From NCBI GenBank assembly GCA_043815885.1, contig JBDRIL010000028.1:1-10606 (forward strand): 10,606 bases of DNA, read 5' to 3'. The DNA comes from an archaeon (lineage in GTDB: Archaea > Iainarchaeota > Iainarchaeia > Iainarchaeales > 1-14-0-10-31-34). The notes beneath the pieces were generated by a model. That model saw nothing but the letters and a program-made list of their open reading frames with translations, ran no database searches and was not told where the DNA came from. A program made the translations under genes and the position numbers. Within the stretch, counting starts at the first letter, position 1. The number at the start of each line of letters is the position of its first letter. Shown here in pieces: positions 1 through 7,931 of this stretch.

Positions 1-146
1 CCGTCCCCGCAACCAATATCCAGAAGTTTTCCTTTTTCTCCGTTAATCATTGAGATGGTTTTATTCAGTCTGTCCCTGAAGACAGAGTAATAGTCTTCAT
101 TAAATCTATTGGAATAAATTTTTTTGTTCTTTTCAGAGAGGTCCAT
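1..146 (-). CDS. Class I SAM-dependent methyltransferase, N-terminal part (runs off the window edge)
   Basis: Not in the ORF track. Manual minus-strand translation from ATG at 146 gives MDLSEKNKKIYSNRFNEDYYSVFRDRLNKTISMINGEKGKLLDIGCGD(G), ending in SAM-binding motif I (LDIGCGxG). Confidence 0.85.
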   Translation of the reverse strand, partial: MDLSEKNKKIYSNRFNEDYYSVFRDRLNKTISMINGEKGKLLDIGCGD

Positions 147-222
147 GCAGAAAAAATAGTTCCAGGTAAAGAATAAATAGATATCCCACAGAATACAATA
201 CTTAAAAGGAAGTGTTATTGAA

Positions 223-963
223 TTGAGTGCATTAATCTGGATTTTAGGGGCAACGATTATTACAAGTCTTGTTGCATTTATAGGAATTTTTTCCTTATGG
301 ATGAGCAAGAATTCATTGAATAAGATTCTGCTGATACTGGTTGCGTTTTCTGCTGGAGCATTACTGAGCGGGGCCTTCTTTCATTTATTGAGTGAGGCGC
401 TTGAAGAATTGGATACAACAACTGCATTCATTTACTTATTTATTGCATTCATACTGTTTTTCCTGATTGAAAGAATTCTTCACTGGCATCACTGCCATGA
501 CGGAGAATGTGACGTGCATTCATTCACTTACATGATTTTATTGGGAGACGGGATTCATAACTTTATTGATGGATTAATTATTGCTGCAAGCTTTATGGTT
601 GACATTGGTTTTGGGATAATTACCACCTTGTTAATAATTGGCCACGAGGTACCGCAGGAACTGGGGGATTTTGGGATATTGGTTTACGGAGGATTTTCCA
701 GAACAAAGGCACTGGTTTTCAATTTTTTGAGCCAGCTCGCGTGTGTTATTGGAGGATTGATTGGGTTCTTTCTTTCCCAATCACTGGGGTTTACTGTACT
801 GCTTTTGCCTTTTGCTGCAGGAGGATTTATTTACATTGCCGCAAGTGACTTGATTCCTGAACTGCATAAAGAGGCCAGCCTCAAGAAATCAATGATTTCA
901 TTTGCATTCTTTATTATCGGAATATTGTTTACCTTTTCAATTAAAATTATTTTTGAAGGCTGA
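223..963 (+). CDS. ZIP family (ZupT/GufA-like) divalent metal transporter
   Basis: About 8 hydrophobic segments, His-rich loop HWHHCHDGECDVH, TM4 motif GDGIHNFIDG, TM5 motif HEVPQELGDFG, C-terminal AAGGFIYIAASDLIPELH. TTG start. Confidence 0.95.
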   Translation: MSALIWILGATIITSLVAFIGIFSLWMSKNSLNKILLILVAFSAGALLSGAFFHLLSEALEELDTTTAFIYLFIAFILFFLIERILHWHHCHDGECDVHSFTYMILLGDGIHNFIDGLIIAASFMVDIGFGIITTLLIIGHEVPQELGDFGILVYGGFSRTKALVFNFLSQLACVIGGLIGFFLSQSLGFTVLLLPFAAGGFIYIAASDLIPELHKEASLKKSMISFAFFIIGILFTFSIKIIFEG

Positions 964-1038
964 AAAATTTGGATTAATTTAGCTTTCAACCTATAAAAAA
1001 GAAAATAAATATAAAGAGAAACAAGCTAATTATTGTCT

Positions 1039-2163
1039 ATGAAAAAAATAGATTTAATTTTCTTTATCAGTATCATGATTTTTCTTTTTTTGGTTGGATG
1101 CATTCAAACGCCTCCACTTATATGTGAGGATGGAATCCACGCCCCTGGAGAAAGCTGGAGTGTCAGATGCAATACATGTGGTTGTGGCAGGGATGGAATA
1201 ATCATTTGTACTCAAGCATATTGCCCTACTTTTTGCGCTGACGGCATACACTCAGTTGGAGAAAGATGGTTGGCTGAAGATGGATGCAATACATGTACCT
1301 GCACTAAAACAGGGATTGCCTGCACTGAAATGTATTGCGTTCCTGAAGGGGACTTTGAGGTTCATGAATGGGGCGTAATGGCTGGCTGTAGCGAGAGCGA
1401 TGGTTTTTTTGTTACTTCAAGGCCAAAGCAATTGCTTTTAGTGAGACAACCTGTTGTATACATTCATTCTGGAGAGGGGATTGAATCATTTGATGCAAGC
1501 TTTGAATTTAATGAAGGAAACCCGACAGACACTTATCCAGAAGCAGTAGTTGAAGGAAAAAAAGTTGAATGGAATAATGTAAGGATTGTGGATTCCTGTG
1601 GAGAGCCTGCGGTAAGGAGTGTTAAAGGATTTGTTCCTTTGGAGGAAATAATTGATGAATTAAATGATGTTGATGCTGATTGTTTGGAAGTTGGAGATGA
1701 AAAGAACAGATTTCTTTTCTATGAAGGGGAAATGGGCTTTGAAAATCCAATAGAGGCAGAAGAAATTTTGGATGAGAATAAAGTGAAAGTAAAAAATAAT
1801 GCTGATTATTCAGTATTCAATTTGTTTTTTGTTTCAGGCAAAGGCGATTTCATGAATCCAATACATCTTTCCGGAAGAGTGGAAGAATTGAAGGCAGGAG
1901 AAGAAAAAACAATTGAATTGAATGAAGAGGATAAGAGCAATTTTATTAGAGAGGATTTATTGGAATTGGGTTTCACTGAAAAGGAAACCAATGCATTTAC
2001 TTCTCTTTGGGATTATTCCTTTTTTAATCCAACGAATACCGGATTCGAGCAAGTGGTTTATAGGCTTCCGCAAGAGAAGTATGATGAATTAATTGAATCT
2101 TTTTACAATCCCAAGCCAAAAAAAGAAGTAAGGGCATTATATGTTTTATTTGATTTAAGTTGA
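1039..2163 (+). CDS. Predicted lipoprotein with two pacifastin-like Cys-rich repeats and an uncharacterised C-terminal domain
   Basis: MKK plus hydrophobic stretch plus LVGC lipobox (ATG 1039 preferred over TTG 1033). Two CNTCxC-x3-G-x2/3-CT-x3-C repeats. C-terminal domain carries VHEWG, QPVVYIH, TYP and FLFYEG motifs. Confidence 0.8.
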   Translation: MKKIDLIFFISIMIFLFLVGCIQTPPLICEDGIHAPGESWSVRCNTCGCGRDGIIICTQAYCPTFCADGIHSVGERWLAEDGCNTCTCTKTGIACTEMYCVPEGDFEVHEWGVMAGCSESDGFFVTSRPKQLLLVRQPVVYIHSGEGIESFDASFEFNEGNPTDTYPEAVVEGKKVEWNNVRIVDSCGEPAVRSVKGFVPLEEIIDELNDVDADCLEVGDEKNRFLFYEGEMGFENPIEAEEILDENKVKVKNNADYSVFNLFFVSGKGDFMNPIHLSGRVEELKAGEEKTIELNEEDKSNFIREDLLELGFTEKETNAFTSLWDYSFFNPTNTGFEQVVYRLPQEKYDELIESFYNPKPKKEVRALYVLFDLS

Positions 2164-2204
2164 AAGAGGAGATTGATACAAATCCCTTTTTAATTTTTTA
2201 CTGT

Positions 2205-2245
2205 TTCTTTTAAACAAAAAAAAGAAAAAAAGAAAGGCCTTTTTT
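2205..2245 (-). terminator. Oligo-T terminator region between the convergent lipoprotein and DUF4013 genes
   Basis: Long A-runs on + (T-runs on -) just after the DUF4013 stop, with an AAAGGCCTTT palindrome. T-runs at 2186-2211 could serve the + strand gene. Confidence 0.5.
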
Positions 2246-2929
2246 TTATTGGCCTTTTACTTGCATGTAAGCCTGAGCGAATACAGTGTAGGAAGTAACG
2301 AGTACAATGAATGCCGCGATAGCTGAACCAATGTATGGAATAATTGAAAGAACTAATGATAGTATTCCTCCGTAAATTATTACTATGATCCATGAAATAA
2401 TGTAGGGGCCGGTTAAAACTGTTTTAAGTACTTCTCCTACCTTGAATGCTGCGCCAAACCTGTTCTCTTTTGCGTAAAAGATTACTGCCATTGGCGTAAT
2501 GAATGCTGCAACAACTGCCAGAATTACTCCAATGATTAAAGGAATGCCTCCTGCTGCAAGTAGTTCAGGAATCAGGCTAAAGAATTGCGTCTGTATTGCC
2601 ATCATGTTTCCTGACTCCCATACCGTCATGGGAATCTTATCGAACAGCACTGCAAACATTCCAGCCACGCCTAGCGCCAAAAAGATAAATGCAGGAATCA
2701 TGTAGATTATGTCAATGATGAAAACCACTATTCCTTTTACTATTATGTCGCCCCAGTTATCCCATTTAGGCAAGGCATTGTCTTTTCCAAAAGTCTTTTG
2801 AGCGCTTTTGACTGCATAACCTGCTGGAACAAATATATTCACTACTGGAATGATTGCCATTATTATTCCAATTACTAACGCAGTTAAGTCAGTAAAAGGC
2901 CTTTTAATCGCTTCAACGTAATCAACCAT
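2246..2929 (-). CDS. DUF4013 family membrane protein
   Basis: N-terminal DYVEAIKRPF, IIPVVNIFVPAGY and LPKWDNWGDIIVKG motifs typical of DUF4013, plus several TM helices. Start moved to ATG 2929 because the ORF-track start (TTG 2944) overlaps a GGAGGT Shine-Dalgarno. Confidence 0.85.
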   Translation of the reverse strand: MVDYVEAIKRPFTDLTALVIGIIMAIIPVVNIFVPAGYAVKSAQKTFGKDNALPKWDNWGDIIVKGIVVFIIDIIYMIPAFIFLALGVAGMFAVLFDKIPMTVWESGNMMAIQTQFFSLIPELLAAGGIPLIIGVILAVVAAFITPMAVIFYAKENRFGAAFKVGEVLKTVLTGPYIISWIIVIIYGGILSLVLSIIPYIGSAIAAFIVLVTSYTVFAQAYMQVKGQ

Positions 2930-3053
2930 TTTCTTTACCTCCAAGAAATTGATTCTAATAAATTAGATTAATTCTCCTTTTAAATGGTTTCTTTCCTTTA
3001 AAAATGAAGAAAATAAGAAAGAATTAAATATCAGTTATTATCATACTATTTTC

Positions 3054-3377
3054 ATGCACTTAAAGGAAAAGATTTTTGCGGCAGGAATTGCAGTTGTTTT
3101 CTATTTTTTAGTGGCTAACATATTTGGAGAGTTTTTAATTGGTTTAATGATTGTAGGAATAATTGCAATGATGCTTGGAGCATTCTTTGTAAAGGTTAAT
3201 GCAATAAACACTGGATTAATGGGGGGAGGAATTCTTGCTTTAATGCATCTCTCATACCTAACTATCTCCCAAAAGTCAATGGAAAACAACGTAGCGCTTG
3301 TTATAGCTTTTATTGTATTGGTTGGGGTTGCTTACTTCAAGTTCTCCAAAAAACCAGAGGAACTTTCCCTGGAATAA
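3054..3377 (+). CDS. Small hypothetical membrane protein (about 4 TM)
   Basis: 107-aa hydrophobic ORF with ATG start. TTAAATA about 25 nt upstream suggests a leaderless transcript. Confidence 0.7.
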   Translation: MHLKEKIFAAGIAVVFYFLVANIFGEFLIGLMIVGIIAMMLGAFFVKVNAINTGLMGGGILALMHLSYLTISQKSMENNVALVIAFIVLVGVAYFKFSKKPEELSLE

Positions 3378-4565
3378 TTAAATTACCTTTAACTTCTTTC
3401 CGACTTTTTCAATTGAGGCAAGAGCCTTATTCAAGTCATCCTTTGTCAGGAGAGCACTCATTTGAGTGCGGATTCTGGATAGTTCCTTTGCAACCATTGG
3501 ATAAACTATTGGTGTAGCGAATAATCCTTCTTCCTTGAATAGGACTTCAGACATCTTTTGAGCCTTCTCTGGTTCTCCGGTAATTAATGGAATGATTGGG
3601 GTTTCGCTGTTTCCTGTATTGAATCCAAGGGACTGGACTTCTTTCTTGAAGTAATTAGTGTTATCCCATAAATTTTTTACATGCCGGGGTTCTTTTTCAA
3701 CTACCTCTATTGCAGCAATGCATGCTGCCACTAAACCCGGAGGATGGGCAGTGCTTAAAAGCCAGGTACGGCTTTTATTGTAGGCAAATTCAATTAATTC
3801 CTTGCTTCCGGCAATCGTTCCTCCAAATACCCCGAAGCCCTTGCTCATGGAACCGCCTTCAATGTGGATCTTTCCCTGCAAATTAAAGTGATGAACTATG
3901 CCTCTTCCATCTCCTAAAACTCCTTCTCCGTGGCAGTCGTCAACAAAAACCATTGCTCCATGGGAATCAGCCAATTCAACTATTTCTGGTAACTTCGCTA
4001 TATCTCCGTCCATTGAGAAAACCCCGTCAGTAAGTATTAGAATTCTATTGAAATTCTTTTTCTCTGCTTCATTCAATAGCTTTTCCAAGTCGCCCATGTC
4101 ATTGTGCTTGTAAACAGCTCTTTCTGCCTTGCTCAGCCTTACTCCATCAATAATGCTTCCGTGGCTTAGTTGGTCTGAGATGACTAAATCCCCTTCTCCA
4201 ATCAATTGAGGAATCAATCCAGAATTAACTGCAAAGCCTGTCTGGCAGAGAAGAGAAGCTTCCACTCCTTTAAATTTAGCAAATTTTTCCTGGAATTCTT
4301 CATGAAGAGTCATTGTTCCAGAAATAACTGGAACTGCGCCAGCTCCTACCCCAAATTCCCTTGTGGCTTTAAGAGAGGCTTCAATTAATTTTGGATGAGT
4401 AGCTAAACCCAAATAATTGTTTGCACACAAGAGCAATACTTCTTTTCCGTCCACTACTGCATGAGGCTGGGACTTGGATTGAAGGACTCTTACAATCCAG
4501 TTAAGGTTGTTTTCCTTCAGTCTTTCAACTTCTTCCTTTAGAAAGCTTGTGGGATTTCTATTCAT
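3378..4565 (-). CDS. kbl: Glycine C-acetyltransferase (2-amino-3-ketobutyrate CoA ligase), PLP class II aminotransferase family
   Basis: CANNYLGL, TDGVFSMDG, VDDCHG, SKGFG (PLP lysine) and RIRTQMSA motifs. Adjacent to tdh. GGAGG SD upstream. Confidence 0.9.
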   Translation of the reverse strand: MNRNPTSFLKEEVERLKENNLNWIVRVLQSKSQPHAVVDGKEVLLLCANNYLGLATHPKLIEASLKATREFGVGAGAVPVISGTMTLHEEFQEKFAKFKGVEASLLCQTGFAVNSGLIPQLIGEGDLVISDQLSHGSIIDGVRLSKAERAVYKHNDMGDLEKLLNEAEKKNFNRILILTDGVFSMDGDIAKLPEIVELADSHGAMVFVDDCHGEGVLGDGRGIVHHFNLQGKIHIEGGSMSKGFGVFGGTIAGSKELIEFAYNKSRTWLLSTAHPPGLVAACIAAIEVVEKEPRHVKNLWDNTNYFKKEVQSLGFNTGNSETPIIPLITGEPEKAQKMSEVLFKEEGLFATPIVYPMVAKELSRIRTQMSALLTKDDLNKALASIEKVGKKLKVI

Positions 4566-4690
4566 TAATAATTCCTCCGGATTTCTTTGAGATAAAGAAA
4601 AGCTATTGCCGAAAATGATTTTAAAGGCTAATAATGCAAAACTGAAAAAATCGCTGATTAACGAAATCAGAATAGACGGATACTTAATGC

Positions 4691-4697
4691 TTTATAT
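4691..4697 (+). promoter_or_regulatory. Putative archaeal TATA box for tdh (likely leaderless)
   Basis: TTTATAT about 26 nt upstream of ATG 4724, with no SD present. Confidence 0.45.
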
Positions 4698-4723
4698 TAT
4701 TGTTTGAATAAAGATTTAATTTC

Positions 4724-5773
4724 ATGAAAGACAAAATGATGGCAGTATTAAAGGAAAAACCAGGAAAGGGTTTTACTGTAAAGGATGTTCCCATTCCAAA
4801 AATTGGAGTAAATGATTTGCTTGTAAAGATTGGAATTGATTCTTTTTGTGGGACGGATTCACACATATATGAATGGGATGCCTGGAGCCAGAGCAGAATC
4901 AAGCCTCCCCAGATTGGAGGCCATGAAATGGGGGGAGAGGTAATAGAGATAGGAAAGAATGTGGAAGGATTCGAGGAAGGGGATTATGTTGCTGCTGAAA
5001 CCCATATATTTGATGATACATGCTATCAGTGCAGGATTGGAAACAGGCATATATGCGAGAACGTAAAGATTCTTGGGGTGGATGTAGATGGCGTGTGGGC
5101 AGAATATGCAAAGCTTCCAGCAAAAAATGCATGGAAAGGCAATCCCAGTATCCCAAAGGAATGGGTTTCAGTACAGGAGCCTTTTGGGAATGCAGTTCAC
5201 ACAGTATTTAATGGAAACAATACTGGTGTTTCAGGAAACACTGTATTAATTGCCGGTTGCGGCCCGATTGGAGTTTGTGCTATTGCAATTGCAAAGGCAG
5301 CAGGAGCAGAAAAAGTAATTGCAACAGAGATAAATGATTTCAGGATTAAACTGGCAAAAAAAATGGGTGCTGATAGTGTATTGAATCCAAAGGAAGTGAA
5401 TATAGCGAAGGAAATCCTTTCAATGACTGACGGAAGGGGGGTTGACCTTTTCTGTGAGATGTCAGGGAATGCAATGGCATTAAATCAGGGTTTAGGAGCG
5501 GTAAGGCCTGGAGGAAGGGTTTCAATTCTAGGGGTATTTCCTGATTCACTTAATGTGGATATAACAAAGGATATTGTATTCAAGGGAATAAATATTCAGG
5601 GAATAAATGGAAGGCTTATATGGGATACATGGATAAAGACTGATTCATTGCTTGGAACAAAGAAGGTCGATATAAGTCCAGTAATAACCCATAAAATGAA
5701 GTTGGAAGAGGCAAACAAGGCAGCAGAATTAATGAAGACAGGGAACTGCAGCAAGATCCTGCTTTATCCCTGA
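4724..5773 (+). CDS. tdh: L-threonine 3-dehydrogenase (Zn-dependent MDR family)
   Basis: CGTDxHIYEWDAWSQSRIKPP, GHE, ETHI, EPFGNAVHT, GCGPIG (NAD binding), EMSG and GINGR motifs. Next to kbl. Confidence 0.95.
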   Translation: MKDKMMAVLKEKPGKGFTVKDVPIPKIGVNDLLVKIGIDSFCGTDSHIYEWDAWSQSRIKPPQIGGHEMGGEVIEIGKNVEGFEEGDYVAAETHIFDDTCYQCRIGNRHICENVKILGVDVDGVWAEYAKLPAKNAWKGNPSIPKEWVSVQEPFGNAVHTVFNGNNTGVSGNTVLIAGCGPIGVCAIAIAKAAGAEKVIATEINDFRIKLAKKMGADSVLNPKEVNIAKEILSMTDGRGVDLFCEMSGNAMALNQGLGAVRPGGRVSILGVFPDSLNVDITKDIVFKGINIQGINGRLIWDTWIKTDSLLGTKKVDISPVITHKMKLEEANKAAELMKTGNCSKILLYP

Positions 5774-5811
5774 ATTCAATTAATAAACCTTTTTCTTTTT
5801 CTTTAATTAAA

Positions 5812-7113
5812 ATGCTTGAAAAAATCAGGTTAAAGAGAGAACTGGGATTGCTGGAGGCAGTACTCTGCGGGATAGGAATAATTCTTGGAGCAGGAATATA
5901 TGTATTGATTGGAGAAGCCGCAGGAGTAGCAGGAAATGCCATATGGCTTTCATTCCTTATTGCTGCAGTGGTTGCTGCTTTTACTGGACTGAGTTATGCT
6001 GAACTTGCTTCACTCTACCCCAAAGCAGGAGCAGAATTTGAATACACTAAACATTCATTCGGAAAAAGGATTGGATTCATTGTCGGATGGATGACTATTG
6101 TTGCAGGAATTATTTCTGCTGCAACAGTTGGACTGGGTTTTGGAGGATACTTTGAAGCATTGACTGGAATTCCAGTAGCCTTTGGGGCAATAGGAATAAT
6201 TGCACTGAGTTCATTTATTGTATTTTACGGGATAAAGCAGTCTGCATGGATTGCAGGAATCCTGACAGTAATTGAAACGCTTGGACTGCTTATAATTATC
6301 TTTATTGGACTGCCTTACATTGGTTCAGTTAATTTAATGGAGTTCCCTGAAACAGGTTTCACTGGAATTCTTACTGCTTCTGCACTGATTTTCTTTGCAT
6401 TCATTGGTTTTGAGGAAATAGTGAGAATGAGCGAGGAAACCAGGAATGCAGAAAAAGTAATTCCAAAGGCATTAATGATTTCAATAATAATTACTTCAAT
6501 AATTTACGTTCTTGTCGCGGTTGTTGCAGTGAGTGTTGTTCCATGGAATGAATTAGCTGAATCAAGCGCTCCACTTGCAGATGTTGCAGCAAAGGCATTG
6601 GGAAGCGAAGCATTTTTGATACTGGGAATAATTGCATTGTTTTCAACTGCAAACACTGTACTGCTTATATTGCTTGCAACCTCCAGAATAGTTTATGGAA
6701 TTGGAGAGGATGAAGACATCCCGCATATTGTTGCAAAAATCCATCCAAAGACAAGGACTCCGTATATTGCAATTGCATTGGTATTTATTGCGACAGTCAT
6801 ATTCGTTTTCCTTGGAAGAATTGATTTTGTTGCATATGCAACTGATTACGTATTGTTTCTTGTATTCATTGTAATAAATGCCGCAGTAATAGCAATGCGC
6901 TTCAAGGAACCCAATACAGTAAGGCCTTTCAGGATTCCATTCAATATAGGAAGGATTCCAGTTACAGCAGTACTGGGGATAATTACCTGCATTGTATTAA
7001 TCGGACAAATCCTTCAGATTCATCTTGATGTAATCATTACTTCCTCAGTAATCATAGTTATTGGATTGGCATTCTATGAAGTAGCAAGAATAAGACATCA
7101 TAAGGGACTATAA
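5812..7113 (+). CDS. APC family amino acid permease
   Basis: LKRELG, GIILGAGIY (TM1), SYAELASLYPKAG, FFAFIGFE (TM6), HPKTRTP and RPFRIP motifs; about 12 TM. Confidence 0.95.
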   Translation: MLEKIRLKRELGLLEAVLCGIGIILGAGIYVLIGEAAGVAGNAIWLSFLIAAVVAAFTGLSYAELASLYPKAGAEFEYTKHSFGKRIGFIVGWMTIVAGIISAATVGLGFGGYFEALTGIPVAFGAIGIIALSSFIVFYGIKQSAWIAGILTVIETLGLLIIIFIGLPYIGSVNLMEFPETGFTGILTASALIFFAFIGFEEIVRMSEETRNAEKVIPKALMISIIITSIIYVLVAVVAVSVVPWNELAESSAPLADVAAKALGSEAFLILGIIALFSTANTVLLILLATSRIVYGIGEDEDIPHIVAKIHPKTRTPYIAIALVFIATVIFVFLGRIDFVAYATDYVLFLVFIVINAAVIAMRFKEPNTVRPFRIPFNIGRIPVTAVLGIITCIVLIGQILQIHLDVIITSSVIIVIGLAFYEVARIRHHKGL

Positions 7114-7184
7114 GAAAAAGCTTCTATTTTAAAAAATAATTCATTCAAATTAATTAAGAGAATAATTTTTTGGAGGAGAAAAAA

Positions 7185-7619
7185 ATGAATTACGTGAAAG
7201 TGATTATTGCTGCAATCCTGTTCCTGATAATTGCACAGATAATTCATTCAGTTGGAGCAATGGTCTCAATGGGTTATTACATGGATCCAGCATACTTTGC
7301 AGTGTGGAGCAAGATAATGATGCCTTCAGAGTCCGCGCCTCCAATGGAATTCTATTATTTTTCAGTTGGCTTTGGATTGATTGCAGCATTACTCTATGCC
7401 GGAATCTATGGAGTAATAAAGAACGGCATTCCAGGAAAGAACTGGATGAATAAAGGACTGAGCTATGGATTCATTTTATTCTTAGTGGCAACAATTCCTT
7501 CAAGCCTCTCAATGATTCTGCTCATCAACCTTCCATTAATGCTTATAGTACTATGGACAATAGAAGGATTAGTGATTTCCCTCTTAGGCGGAATAGTAAT
7601 AGCTAAAATGATTCAGTGA
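7185..7619 (+). CDS. Hypothetical membrane protein (about 4 TM)
   Basis: Hydrophobic ORF. GGAGG SD at 7172-7176 favours ATG 7185 over TTG 7170. Confidence 0.75.
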   Translation: MNYVKVIIAAILFLIIAQIIHSVGAMVSMGYYMDPAYFAVWSKIMMPSESAPPMEFYYFSVGFGLIAALLYAGIYGVIKNGIPGKNWMNKGLSYGFILFLVATIPSSLSMILLINLPLMLIVLWTIEGLVISLLGGIVIAKMIQ

Positions 7620-7644
7620 AACTGAAACAAGGGGAATAAATCAA

Positions 7645-7652
7645 TTTAAAAA
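7645..7652 (+). promoter_or_regulatory. Putative TATA box of the tRNA gene
   Basis: TTTAAAAA preceded by a purine-rich BRE-like stretch, about 37 nt before the mature tRNA 5' end. Confidence 0.5.
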
Positions 7653-7688
7653 GGATTATTTCCAAAATTCTTTATTGTTTTATCAAAA

Positions 7689-7835
7689 GCCCTGATAGTC
7701 TAGCGGTTAGGATGCGGCCCTGTCGCGACCCCTTTTTCTTTTAGAAAAAGAAAAAGTGGTACGTTATCCCAAAAAGAAAAACGTAATTGTTATCGCAGCT
7801 AGGCCGCGACTCGGGTTCGATTCCCGGTCAGGGCG
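7689..7835 (+). tRNA. tRNA-Asp (GTC) with a 75-nt intron at canonical position 37/38 (exons 7689-7725 and 7801-7835); CCA not encoded
   Basis: Acceptor stem GCCCTGA/TCAGGGC with discriminator G. D-arm containing AGCGGTTAG. Anticodon stem CGGCC/GGCCG with CT-GTC-G. T-arm TCGGG-TTCGATT-CCCGG. BHB: CTGT (7720-7723) pairs with GCAG (7795-7798), flanked by 3-nt bulges CG^C and CT^A. Confidence 0.93.
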
Positions 7836-7837
7836 TT

Positions 7838-7880
7838 TTAACCCCACAAATTAGTTAAAACATGTTTTTTGTGGAGTTAA
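7838..7880. repeat. 13-bp imperfect inverted repeat directly downstream of the tRNA
   Basis: TTAACCCCACAAA (7838-7850) and TTTGTGGAGTTAA (7868-7880), one mismatch, 17-nt spacer. Confidence 0.75.
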
Positions 7881-7909
7881 CTGATTGCCTGTGTTTCCGT
7901 ACTGGGCAT

Positions 7910-7931
7910 AAAAAAAAGAAAAAAAAAGAAA
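7910..7931 (-). terminator. Oligo-T terminator of the DUF296-like gene
   Basis: TTTCTTTTTTTTTCTTTTTTTT on the minus strand immediately after the TGA stop. Confidence 0.6.

Noticed and set aside
3378..4565. Annotation as 8-amino-7-oxononanoate synthase (bioF)
   Set aside because: The RIRTQMSA motif and linkage to tdh favour Kbl, and no other biotin genes are present.
7681..7689. TATCAAAAG just before the tRNA, matching 9 nt of the four-box motif
   Set aside because: A single partial AT-rich copy lacking the ACA end; a similar partial match occurs inside the permease gene near 6613-6621, so chance is likely.
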